A DNA stretch of 64,000 nt from Tubulanus polymorphus (Eukaryota > Animalia > Nemertea), in NCBI RefSeq assembly GCF_964204645.1, contig NC_134026.1, positions 6,657,950 through 6,721,949 on the forward strand, in the 5' to 3' direction. Made by a program: the position numbers and the translations under genes. Position 1 is the stretch's first letter. Every line of letters starts with the position of its first letter. Positions 1 to 13,514 of this stretch are shown piece by piece. The notes under the pieces are model-generated. The model saw nothing but the letters and a program-made list of their open reading frames with translations. It had not been told where the DNA came from and did not search any database.

Positions 1-544
1 AAGTGATTGAATGCTGGAAATATAAAACAGATAGAATAATTTATATAGAACAGTTAGAAACAACAAATAGAACTCCAAAAAAACTAAAAAAATTCCTAAC
101 AGGTTTTACCTGCTGCTGGTGGTGCTGCAGTGTGTATCTCATCCTGTAAATGAGAGTAAAACAATAACAGAGACTGTGAAGAATTCTGTAGAGAAAGTCA
201 TTAACAGTTTTGTACTTAACTTTTAAATGAGCCTGTTTAAATGGTAAATGCATTTATTTCATTCTGAAAAAGAAAGAAAGAATAATCAGTGGCAATAGAG
301 CACAATGTAATATCTCAAAGTTATCAACCAATCAGACAGAAACAGTACAGGATTTCTGTAGATTAAGCTGCTTTACTAATTTCATACTGATTGAACAGTT
401 ACAGATATATGTAACATTGTGTACAGATACAGAGTACAGATCACTGCATTACTTCATCCTGTGATTGAACAGTGATTTAATGTTCTCTAATCTTCACTAG
501 ATTCCCATCCGTCTAACTAAAACATCAGAACATTTCAACTCACC

Positions 545-760
545 TAACCTCCCGACCCGACCCTCCCAGGCCCCATCCCTCCCACCCTCCCTCGCACCAT
601 CCCTCCCGCCCTCCCTCGCCCCTTCCCTCCCGCCCTCCCTCGCCCCTTCCCTCCCGCCCTCCCTCACCCTTTCCCTCCCTCCCACACCCTCCCTCAATGC
701 CCTCCCACCTAGTCTTCCCCAATGCCCTCCCTCAATGCCCTCCCATCATGCCTCCTCAAC
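545..760 (+). repeat. C-rich (CCCTCCC-like) low-complexity tract; G-quadruplex-prone on the minus strand
   Basis: Runs of ccctccc/ccctcgcc. Similar tracts at 3781-3899, 6290-6500, 9075-9220, 11665-11900, 14668-14828, 17223-17445 and 19855-19912. Confidence 0.85.
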
Positions 761-2415
761 TCTCTTGTCTCCTCCTCAGACACCGCTTATCTGTACAAAA
801 ACTACGAAAAGATTTGCCATTTTTCACAATCATATCAATTTCATATATAAATTGAAATCCTTAATCAATTGCATCATTGACAGGACTCACAGATACATTT
901 CTCAAATTTTGGAGGCATTAAATGATCATATGCCTAGTGTGTGGTCTTGAAAATCACATGGCTTGAATTTTACAGATGATTTCATTATCAATTTCATTAT
1001 CATTATCAATGATCATATGCCTAGTGTGTGAATTCATTCAAATTATTCCTATTATTTCTACTCCCTCCAATAAGTATTCACAATAATTAATAATGTTATA
1101 AGGGAGGGGGAGGTATACGGAGGGTTCACCCGAACTTAGGAAATAAGCCCGAACCAAACCTCCACACTCACAAAATGTTGTGAGAAGGACAAACACAAAC
1201 CAAGGACATGAATGATGGCTGAGATCAAAATTATTCAATCAACTATATTTATGTTGCTTCACAAATCTAACGTTGTCACTCTTTATTATAAAACCGTTGT
1301 GGACCAATGATAGTTGATAGTTCGATTAGATATTTCTACATAAGCAAGTTGTTTTATATAATCTTATTCATCAGATTTATCAATCATTGATTATGAACTA
1401 ACTGCTGATGTTTACAAAATATATACGTCATAAATAATCTGTTTGACTATGATTTGATTGTCTTTACAAGTTAACACTTGAACCCAGTGGAACGAATCAA
1501 ACTCAGCCATTTTCCTTCATTTGCCATTTTTCGTTTTTACTCTTTTCTCCGACCTTTAGCGCTTGAGTCGAGGTAGGTATAGACCCCTGCCCGCCCTCTA
1601 AGCGTGCAGGACACTAAACCTTCGAATTGCTCTCGAACCCCACTCTTTATATTTCATTTCTTTTTTCAGTCGAGGTAGGTAAAGACCCCTGTCCACTCGC
1701 TAAGCGTGCAGGACACTTAACCTTCGAATTGCTCCTGGACCACACTCTTTATATCAGCATTTCATGCTGTTTTATTTTGTGGTTAGAAGCGCACGCGTTA
1801 TATTTTTTCTTTTCATATGGCTTTCCTTATTTGTCGTCTGACTAGAACTCTCATCAGTTACGACTGGATCAAGTTAAATCTTTTAGAGACAAACAGCAAA
1901 AAGTTGTGTTAGTTGCACCAACAGCAGCAGCAGCACCAACAGCAGCAGCACCAACAGCAGCGGCAGCGGCACTGGCACCAGCACCACCAGTACCAGCACC
2001 AGCACCAGCACCACCAGTACCAGCAACAACACTGATACAGATGAATCTTTCATTAACTACATCATTAGTTCCACATAAATCATTTCATTCTCAAATAAAG
2101 AGTTGTGAAGGCAACAGAAATAAATTGTACAACTATTCATTCGTGGCCCTGTTTTGGTAGGGTTAAAGTTTGGTCTATGGCTCTGATTTTGTGACCACAC
2201 CGGGTAAATATAGCTCATGGCTTTGGTTTGGTGACATGAGAATAAATTTGCTCAGGGCCCTCATTAAAGTTGGTCAGTTTTAAGGCCCTGGCTCCACTGG
2301 TCTTAAGTTGTTGGATTGGCTATAGAACTAAGTTGGTCTTAGACTGGTCTTAAGTCTAAACCATGACTATGCAACCGGCCCCTGGTTTGATAAGCAAACT
2401 TAAGTTCATGACCAT

Positions 2416-2615
2416 TTTTTTAACACCCTCAACCTACTAAGCGCCATGCAGGGCATTATAAGCGGGTTCAATGTTTCTTTTTCCCAATGGGGGAGAGGCC
2501 AGAGAAGAACCTCCGACCAAGAAACTCTTGTCGCCACCAGGGTTTGAACCGAAACACCCTGGATTGACGAGACCAGTGACCAGCAGTTTAAACCACTCGG
2601 CCACTGCGCCTCCCG
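2416..2615 (-). mobile_element. tRNA-derived SINE with A-tail and 7-bp target-site duplication
   Basis: Minus strand: Pol III A box TGGCCGAGTGG, B box GGTTCAAACC, ending in TTAAAAAAA. Flanked by TGACCAT at 2409-2415 and 2616-2622. Confidence 0.75.
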
Positions 2616-5600
2616 TGACCATAGTTGAGTAGCTATATATAAAGGTGGCACTAGTGATGAATTTTAATACATAAAGCAGTTTTTAGCCATCAAATTGTCA
2701 CTGCTGTACAAGCAAACGTACGTAATTTGAGAAATTGAGTGTTGCATATTTTGAATAGTGGCATTGGACGAATCACCCATCACTTGTATAAAGTCAAGAA
2801 TTACGTACGCACTGAATGGGATAATTCACTAACTTGAGTCTACATGTAAAATAATACATTGATCGAAGCCTAAAAAGCTATCATACACTGACAAATTGAT
2901 CGCGCACTGATAGAATTTTAAATACCGGTAACAGCGGAGGATGAAATGACTTTTTCATAAACTGATATGATCGTGAAAAATGGCAAAATACACTAGATAT
3001 CCGCCCTGTGTTGTGACGATAATCTGTATTCAACATTTCTACTCCATAATTCTAGTAAGTCAGGAATGATAAACATAGCTGCAAACAGCGATAACAGGTT
3101 TCCAGCGTTAATGATTCTGCTATCTTTGAAACAATAAAATCCGTGTAGAATTGATTTATCGTGCTGAAGATTCACGCATTGGCAGACTAACAGACTATAG
3201 CGTCGCGGGCTGGTTTCAATTCCAGTAGATTTTTTCTGTACGCTAGAGCAAAAATAAATAATCTTAGATATGTAACTACTACAAGGCATAATACGCTTTA
3301 TCAAAGTCACAATGTAGTAGGAAGGTCGCGGTAGCCTGTGAAAACTAAACTACATCTGGTTTAATATCATCTGTTTTAAACTTTTTACGACTTAGTAAAA
3401 TATTTCCTGATATAAGTATGATTAGTTCGCAGCTCATTACCCCTAGGAGGGTTCGGAAGTTTGAACGAACCACCTGTTTTGAATTTTCAAACGCCAGCAT
3501 ATGAAGCGCATTTGCTAAATTAGCAAAATAAAATCGATACATGCAAAGTAAATGGGAACCAGTCTACTTATCTCTAATTGTCCGTCGCATCGCGTCGCAG
3601 ATGAGCTTATGTCGGTTGCGATCGAAAGCAACTGACCGCCTACCATAGGCCGGAGTAGAACATGGGCCACTAGCCGGATACGGCTTGCGACAAGTCCGTA
3701 GGCGTCGGGTTGCTGTCGCAAGCCGGCTTATGTCGAACCGATAGAGCAGCAATTGGCGGCCTCTCGTAGGCCGCTAGTTACCACCCACCCTCCCTCACCC
3801 CCTCCCTCACCCTAACCCTCCCGCCCTCCCTGACCCCATCCCTCCAGCCCTCCCTCACCCCTTCCCTCCCCCAACCCTACCTACCCTCCCCATCCCCGCG
3901 GTTAGATGAGTTGAAATGTAATGTTTTAGTTAGACGGAAAGGAATCTAATGAAGATGAGAGATCATTAAATCACTGTTCAATCACAGGATGAAGTAATGC
4001 AGTGATCTGTACCCTGTATCTGTACACAATGTTACATGTATCTGTAACTGTTCAATCAGTATGAAAGAAGTACAGCAGTTTAATCTACAGAAATTCTAAC
4101 TCTAAAGATACACATGATCTGGTCGTCACGAAGGAACATGATTGATAACAGTTGCATTATTGACATCAGGAACCAGCTTCATATTGATTGGTACATTACA
4201 AGAGTATGTGTAGAAGAGTATATATATTTGGACAAATATTCGGGCAAATTTATATACTCTTCTACTCAAGTTTCTCGTTTTGGCTGAGTTTATTGTGGGA
4301 TTTCTCTCGTCATCATCTTACATGGATATTGTGTATCTTCTCGTCTCAACATTTGAGTTAGTCGCAATTTAGAAAACCTTTAAACCCGCTCACTGAAATA
4401 CAATCCCAACCATGAACTAATCCTAGCCAAATGTTCACCGATATTAAGAAATTTGAAATGATTGAATAAATGCAAAAGGTTTCTGTGATTTTAATTCAAA
4501 ACATGGTTTATGTAAAACACTATAAAACTGGTCCCTTAAAAATCAAGTCAACAACCGATAAATAAAGATAAATGTAACTTATCTTGAATTTCCATCTATG
4601 GTGATTCCTGATGTCCCGAGCTGAATCCAAAAAAGTCTGATTGTGAAACACTGATTCCTTGCTGTCCAGTGCCGAATCCAAGAGTTATTTCTTGTTTTCC
4701 TGCGCTGAATCAAAATTCCCATCGAGAATTTTGAAGTTATACCTATAATAGACAAATCTCAGACTTTTCTTGGAAATAACTGCAGAAATATCAAATTTAA
4801 AATTCAAACTTACAAAATAAATTGTTCGCTCCAATCTGCAGTTCAATTATTACTTAATTAAGTGTTGGGCGTATTGCATTATGGAAGGAGAAAATTATGC
4901 CAGAAAATGGTTAATGAAATAAATAATAGAAACTGCAATTTGTTTGTTTGAGTGACCATCCACCAGGTGAATGAGTAGTTTATCACAGATTGTTGATTGT
5001 ATGCAGATTACTGAGGTGTTTGATGGTAGCTTTAAACTGCGTACTCTAGTAAACCATTGATACCTGCCAACATTGACCGATCAAAAACACATAATCTTCT
5101 GGACTTGATTTGAAGATCACCACAAATTACTGCAATAAATCGATATTAAACTCACCACTTCTGACTTGTGTTGGATTTGTAGAGCGCAATGTTTACTGCA
5201 AGTTCAGCTTCATTTTGGGACCTTGAATAGAAAAGTTGTACAATTTTGATGATTTGAACTTTGACCAGAATAGAAGCGATTGAAAATTCGCCTTCACTGA
5301 TTAATGTAGCTTCTGATCAGGAATGAGATTATAAATTTACAGATAAACATTTAGAGATATTTACCGGTACCATTTTTGTTTTGAGGATCTCAAGGGATGT
5401 GCATCTTTAACAAATGTGATGTGAATTCCCAATGTTTACTGTTCACAGATTCTGTCAACAGTTCCACTACATTAGCTCCTAAAAACAAATGTCAGAAATT
5501 GTCAGTTAAGTTGTTATGAAATAGGAGCGGTTTCACACCAAATCAAAACTTACCATTTTCATCAATGTTTTTAAGCCAACTGTATTTGAGGATGACTGAT

Positions 5601-8600
5601 GGGTGCCAAAATCTCCATAGCTCTCTTCACTGAAAATATGTATGGAAAACATAAAGATCTTGATAATTCCAACTTTGATCAGGGCATAAATGAGTTTTAA
5701 CGATTGATAACTCACTTCAAACTAAGCAGTGATCTTTAAGTGATTGAATGCTGAAAACATAAACATATAGAATAATTTATATAAAACAAGTTAGAAACAA
5801 CAAATAGAACTCCAAAAAAAAACTAAAAAAATTCCTGACAGGTTTTACCTGCTGCTGGTGGTGCTGCAGTGTGTATCTCATCCTTTAAATGAGAGTAAAA
5901 CAATAACAGAGACTGGTAATGACTTTGTCTACAGAATTCTTCACAGTTTTGTACTTAACTTTAAAATGAGCCTGTTTAAATGGTAAATGCATTTATTTCA
6001 TTCTGAAAAGAAAAAGAAAGAAAGAATAATCAGTGACAATAGAGCACAATGTAATATCTCAAAGTTATCAACCAATCAGACAGAAACAGTACAGGATTTC
6101 TGTAGATTAAACTGCTTTACTAATTTCATACTGATTGAACAGTTACAGATACATGTAACATTGTGTACAGATACAGAGTACAGGTCACTGCATTACTTCA
6201 TCCTGTGATTGAACAGTGATTTAATGTTCTCTCATCTTCACTAGATTCCCATCCGTCTAACTAAAACCTCAGAACATTTCAACTCACCTAACCTCCCGAC
6301 CCGACCCTCCCAGGCCCCATCCCTCCCGCCCTCCCTCGCCCCATCCCTCCCGCCCTCCCTCGTTCGTCCCTTCCCTCCCGCCCTCCCTCACCCTTTCCCT
6401 CCCTCCCTCCCACACCCCATCCCTCAATGCCCTTCCACCTAGTCTTCCCCAATGCCCTCCCACCAAGCCCTCTCTCAATGCCCTCCCATCATGCCTCCTC
6501 AACTCTCTTGTCTCCTCCTCAGACACCGCTTATCTGTAAGACTACAAAAACTACAAAAAGATTTGCCATTTTTCACGATCATATCCATTTCATATATAAA
6601 TTGAAATCCTTAATCAATTGCATCATTGACAGGACTCACAGATACTTTTCTCAAATTGGAGGCATTCAAATGATCATATGCCTAGTGTGGTCTTGAAAAT
6701 CACATGGTTTGAATTTTACAGATGATTTCATTATCAATTTCATCGAATTCATTCAAATTATTCCTATTATTTCTACTCCCTCCAATAAGTATTCACAATA
6801 TATCTCAGTTTCACGGCAAGTTCAGCAGTCGTCTGTAAACAGATTTCATTTCATCAAATGATGTGATTGTGAGTTGTAAAAGTTTCATCTCCAAAACATC
6901 AAACCAAACCCGAGGAACTTAATTAATAATGTTATAAGGGAGGGGGAGGTATACGGAGGGTTCACCCGAACTTAGGAAATAAGCCCGAACCAAACCTCCA
7001 CACTCACAAAATGTTGTGAGAAGGACAAACACAAACCAAGGACAAGAATGATGGCTGAGATCAAAATTATTCAATCAACTATATTTATGTTGCTTCACGA
7101 ATCTAACGTTGTCACTCTTATTATAAAACCGTTGTGGACCAATGATAGTTGATAGTTCGATTAGATATTTCTACATAAGCAAGTTGTTTTATATAATCTT
7201 ATTCATCAGATTTATTAATCATTGATTATGAACTTACTGCTGATGTTTACAAAATATATAGTCATCAATAATCTGTTTGACTATGATTTGATTGTCTTTA
7301 CAAGTTAACACCTGAACCCAGTGGAACGAATCAAACTCAGCCATTTTCCTTCATTTGCCATTTTTCGTAATTTATCTTTTCTCCGACTTTTAGCGCTTGA
7401 GTCGATGTAGGTATAGACCCCTGCCCGCCCTCTAAGCGTGCAGGACACTAAACCTTCGAATTGCTCTCGAACCCCACTCTTTACATATTATCTTTTTTTT
7501 TTTGAGTCGAGGTAGGTATAGACCCCTGCCCGCCCTCTAAGCGTGCAGGACACTAAACCTTGCAATTGCTCTCGGACCCCACTCTTTATATCAGCATTTC
7601 ATGCTGTTTTATTTTTGTGGTGAGAAGCCCACGCGCTAAATTTTTTCTTTTCATATGGCTTTCCTTATTCGTTGTCTCATTAGAACTCTCATCAGTTCCG
7701 ACTGGGATCAAGTTTAATCTTTTAGAGACAAACAGCAAAAAAGTTGTGTTAGTTGCACCAACAGCAACAGCACCAGCAGCACCAGCAACAACACTGATAC
7801 AGATGAATCTTTCATTAACTACGTCATTAGTTCCACATAAATCATTTCATTCTCAAATAAAGAGTTGTGAAGGCAACAGAAATAACTTGTACACCAATTC
7901 ATTCATGGCCCTGTTTTGGTAGGGTAATAGTTTGGTCTATGGTTCTGATTTTGTGACCATACCGGGTAAATATAGCTCATGGCTATGGTTTGGTGACATG
8001 AGAATAAATTTGGCTCATGGCCCTCATTAAAGAAGGTCAGTTTTATGGCCCAGGCTCCAGTTGCACAGTCGTGACTTAAGTCCAAAAGTGGTCTTGAATC
8101 TTAAGACTGGTCTTAAGTTGTTGGATTGGCTATAGAACTAAGTTGGTCTTAGACTGGTCTTAAGTCTTAAGCCATGACTATGCAACCGACCCCTGGTTTC
8201 ATAAGCGCTGACAAATTGATCGAGCACTGATAAAATTTTAAATACTGGTAACGGCGGAGGATGAAATGACTTTTTCATAAACTGATATGATCGTGAAAAA
8301 TGGCAAAATACACTAGATATCCGCTCTGTGTTGTGACGGTAATCTGTATACAACATTTCTACTCCATAATTCTAGTAAGTCAGGAATGATAAATATAGCT
8401 GCAAACAGCGATAACAGGTTTCCAGCGTTAATGATTCTGCTATCTTTGAAACAATAAAATCTGTATTGAATTTATTTATCGTGCTGAAGATTCACGCATT
8501 GGCAGACTAACAGACTATAGGATCGCGGGCTGGTTTCAATTCCAGGAGATTTTTTCTGTACACTAGAGCAGAAATAAATAATCTTAGATATGTAACTACT

Positions 8601-11600
8601 ACAAGGCATAATACGCTTTATCAAAGTCACAATGTAGTAGGAAGGTCGCGGTAGCCTGTGAAAACTACAACTACATCTGGTTGAATATCATCGGTTTTAA
8701 ACTTTTTATGACTAAGTAAAATATTTCCTGATATAAGTATGATTAGTTCGCAGCTCCTTACATGGGTGACCCTAGGAGGGTTCGGAAGTTCGAACGAACC
8801 ACCTTTTTTCAATTTTCAAACGTCAGCACATGGTGCGCATTTTCTAAATCAGCAAAATAAAATTGATACATGCAAAGTAAACGGGAACCAGTCTACTTAT
8901 CTCTAATTGTCCGTCGCGTCGCAGATGAGCTTATGTCGGTTGCGATCGAAAGCAACTGTCCGCCTACCGTAGGCCAGAGTAGAAAATGGGCAACTAGCCA
9001 GATACGGCTTGCGACAAGTCAGTAGGCGTCGGGTTGCCGTCGCAAGCCAACTTATGTCGAACCGATAGAGCAGCCACCCGCCCTCCCTCACCCCATCCCT
9101 ACCCCCCACCCTCACCCCATCCCTCCCTCACCCCTTCCCTCCCGCCCTCCCTCACCCCTTCCCACCCGCCCTCCCACACCCCTTCCCTCCCCCCAACCCT
9201 AGCCACCCTCCCTAACCCCGCGGTTAGATGAGCTGAAATGTAATGTTTTAGTTAGACGGATGGGAATCTAATGAAGATGAGAGAACATTAAATCACTGTT
9301 CAATCACAGGATGAAGTAATGCAGTGATCTGTACCATGTATCTGTACACAATGTTACAACGTTATCTGTAACTGTTCAATCAGTATGAAAGAAGTACAGC
9401 ACTGTTCAATCAGTATGAAAGAAGTACAGCAGTTTAATCTACAGAAATTCTAACTCTTAAGATACACATGATCTGGTTGTCACGAAGGAACATGATTGAT
9501 AACAGTTGCATTATTGACATCAGGAACCAGTTTCATATTGATTGGTACATTACAAGAGTATGTGTAGAAGAGCATATATATTTTCACAAATATACGCGCA
9601 TATATATATATATATATATACTCTTCTACTCAAGTTTCTCGTTTTGGCCGAGTTTATTGTCGGATTTCTCTCGTCATCTTACATGGATATTGTGTATCTT
9701 CTCGTCTCAACATTTGAGTTGATCGCAATTTAGAAAACCTTTAAACCCGCTCACTGAAATACAATCCCAACCATGAACTAATCCTAGCCAAATATTCACT
9801 GATATTAAGAAATTCGAAATGACTGAATAAATGCAACAGGTTTCTGTGATTTCAATTCAAAACATGGTTTATATCAATCACTATAAAACTGGTCCCTTAA
9901 AAATCAAGTCAACAACCGATAAATAAAGATAAATGTAACTTATCTTGAATTTCCATCTATGGCGATTCCTGATATCATGTGCTGAATCCAAACAAGTCTG
10001 ATTTTGAAACACTGATTCCTTGTTGTCCTGTGCAGAATCCAAGAGTCATTCCTTGTTTTCCTGTGCTGAATCAAAATTCACATTCAAAATTTTGAAGTTA
10101 TACCTATAATAGACAAATCTCAGATTGTTTTCTCTTCTTGGAAATAACTGCAGAAATATCAAATTCAAAATCCAAACTTACAAAATAAATTGTTCGCTCC
10201 AATCTGCAGTTCATTTATTACTTCAATTAAGTGTTGGGCGTATTGCATTCTGGAAGGAGAAAATCATGCCAGAAAATGGTTAATGAAATAAATAGAAACT
10301 GCAATTTGTTTGTGTTTGAGTGACCATCGACCAGGTTAATGAGTAGTTTATCACAGTGTGTTGAGTGTATGCAGATTACTGAGGTGTTGTGCGTCCTCTA
10401 GTAAAGCGTTGATACCTGCCAACAATGACCGATCAAAAATACATCATTTTCTGGACTTCATTTGAAGATCACCACAAACTGCAATAATTACTGCAATAAA
10501 TCGATATAAAACTCACCACTTCTGACTTGTTTGATTTGTAGAGCACAATGTTTACTGCAAGTTCAGCTCCATTTAGGGCCCTTGAATACAAAAAAAAAAC
10601 TGTATAATTTTGATGATTTGAACTTCGACCAGAATAAAAGTGATTGAAAATTCGCCTTCACCGATTAATGTACCTTCTAATCAGGAAATTAGTATAAATT
10701 TACAGTCAAACAGTGACTAGAATCTGTAGAGATATTTACCGGAACCGTTTTTGTTTGAGGATCTAAAGTGATGTGCATCTTTAACAAATGTGAAGTGAAT
10801 TCCCAATAATTACTGTTCACAGATTCTGTCAAGTGTTCCACTATTTCAGCTCCTAAAAAGAAATGTTAGAAATTGTTAGTTAAGTTGTTATGAAATAGGA
10901 GCGATTTCACACCAAGTACAAAACTTACCATTTTCATCAATGTTTTTAAGCCAACGGTATTTGAGGTTGACTGTTGGGTGCCAAAACCTCCATAGCTCTG
11001 TTCACTGAAAATATGTATGGGAAACATAAAGATGTTGATAATTCCAACTTTGATCAGGACATAAATGAATTTTAACGATTAATAACTCACTTCAAACTAA
11101 GCAATGATCTTTGAGTGATTGAATGCTGGAAATATAAAACAGATAGAATAATTTATATAGAACAGTTAGAAACAACAAATAGAACTAAAAAAAAACTAAA
11201 AAAATTCCTGACAGGTTTTACCTGCTGGTGGTGGTGCTGCAGTGTGTATCTCATCCTGTAAATGAGAGTAAAACAATAACAGAGACTGTGATAGAAGAAT
11301 TCTGTAGAGAAAGTCATTAACAGTTTTGTACTTAACTCTTAAATGAGCCTGTTTAAATGGTAAATGCATTTATTTCATTCTGAAAAAGAAAGAAAGAATA
11401 ATCAGTGGCAATAGAGCACAATGTAATATCTCAAAGTTATCAACCAATCAGACAGAAACAGTACAGGATTTCTGTAGATTAAACTGCTTTACTAATTTCA
11501 TACTGATTGAACAGTTACAGATACATTTAACATTGTGTACGGATACAGAATACAGATCACTGCATTACTTCATCCTGTGATTGAACAGTGATTTAATGTT

Positions 11601-13345
11601 CTCTCATCTTCACTAGATTCCCATCCGTCTAACTAAAACATCAGAACATTTCAACTCACCTAACCTCCCGACCCGACCCTCCCGGACCCCATCCCTCCCG
11701 CCCTCCCTAGCCCCTTCCCTCCCGCCCCTCCCTCGCCCCATCCCTCCCGCCTTCCCTCGCCCCTTCCCTCCCGCCTCCCTCACCCTTTCCCTCCGTCCCA
11801 CACCCCATCCCTCAATGCCCTCCCACCTAGTCTTCCCCAATGCCCTCCCACCAAGCCTTCCCTCAATGCCCTCCCACCTAGCCCTCCCATCATGCCTCCT
11901 CAACTCTCTTGTCTCCTCCTCAGACACCGCTTATCTGTACAAAAACTACAAAAAGATTTGCCATTTTTCAGGATCATATCAATTTCATATATAAATTGAA
12001 ATCCTTAATCAATTGCATCATTGACAGGACTCACAGATACATTTCTCAAATTTTGGAGGCATTAAATGATCATATGCCTAGTGTGGTCTTGAAAATCACA
12101 TGGCTTCAATTTTACAAATGATTTCATTATCAATTTCATTATCATTATCAATGATCATATGCCTAGTGTGCGAATTCATTCAAATTATTCCTATTATTTC
12201 TACTCCCTCCAATAAGTATTCACAATAATTAATAATGTTATAAGGGAGGGGGAGGTATACGCAGGGTTCACCCGAACTAAGGAAATAAGCCCGAACCAAA
12301 CCTCCACACTCACAAAATGTTGTGAGAAGGACAAACACAAACCAAGAACATGAATGATGGCTGAGATCATAATTATTCAATCAACTATATTTATGTTGCT
12401 TCACGAATCTGACGTTGTCACTCTTATTATAAAACCGTTGTGGACCAATGATAGTTGATAGTTCGATTAGATGCTGATGTTTACAAAATAATCTGTTTGA
12501 CTATGATCTGGTTGTCTTTACAAACTAACACTTGAACCCAGTGGAACAAATCGAACTCAAACAGCCATTTTCCTTCATTTGCCATTTTTCGTTTTTACTC
12601 TTTTTCTCCGACTTTTAGCGCTTGAGTCGAGGTAGGTATAGACCCCTGCCCGCCCTCTAAGCGTGCAGGATACTAAACCTTCGAATTGCTCTCGGACCCC
12701 ACTCTTTATATCAGCAATTCATGCTGTTTTATTTTTTGTGGTTAGAAGCCCACGCGCTATATCTTTTCTTTTCATATGGCTTTCCTTATTTGTCGTCTCA
12801 CTAGAACTCTCATCAGTTCCGACTGGGATCAAGTTTAATATTTTAGAGACAAACAGCAAAAAGTTGTGTTAGTTGCACCAACAGCAGCAGCACCAGCACC
12901 AGCAGCACCAGCAACAACACTTGATACAGATGAATCTTTCATTAACTACGTCATTAGTTCCACATAAATCATTTCATTCTCAAATACAGAGTTGTGAAGG
13001 CAACAGAAATAAATTGTACACCTATTCATTCGCAGCCCTGTTTTGGTAGGGTTAAAGTTTGGTCTATGGTTCTGATTTTGTGACCACGCCGGGTAAATAT
13101 AGCTCATGACTTTGGTTTGGTAACATGAGAATAAATTTGCTCAGGGCCCTCATTAAAGTAGGCCAGTTTTAAGGCCCTGGCTCCACTTGCACAGACTTAA
13201 GTCCAAAAGTGGTCTTAAATCTTAAGACTGGTCTTAAGATGTTGGATTGGCTATAGAACTAAGTTGGTCTTAGACTGGTCTTAAGTCTAAGCCATGACTA
13301 TGCAACTGGCCCCTGGTTAGATAAGCAAACTTTAGTTCATGACCA

Positions 13346-13514
13346 TGCAGGGCGTTATAAGCGGGTTCAATGTTTCTTTTTCCCAATGGGGGAGAGGCCA
13401 GAGAAGAACCTCCGACCAAGAAACTCTTGTCGCCACCAGGGTTTGAACCGATAAACCCTGGATTGACGAGACCAGTGACCAGCAGTTTAAACCACTCGGC
13501 CACTGCGCCTCCCG
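13346..13514 (-). mobile_element. Second copy of the tRNA-derived SINE, 3'-truncated
   Basis: Near-identical to 2445-2615. The A-tail segment is deleted between two CCAT microhomologies. Confidence 0.72.

Larger units (their letters stand above)
351..4094. repeat. ~200-bp inverted repeat pair inside each array unit
   Basis: 351-549 is the imperfect reverse complement of 3900-4094. The same pair occurs at 6095-6293/9222-9449, 11467-11665/14829-15026 and 17025-17223/19913-20108. Confidence 0.9.

Noticed and set aside
2520-2615. Functional tRNA gene
   Set aside because: A and B boxes are present but there is no convincing cloverleaf or anticodon arm. It continues into an unrelated body, A-tail and TSD, as expected for a SINE.
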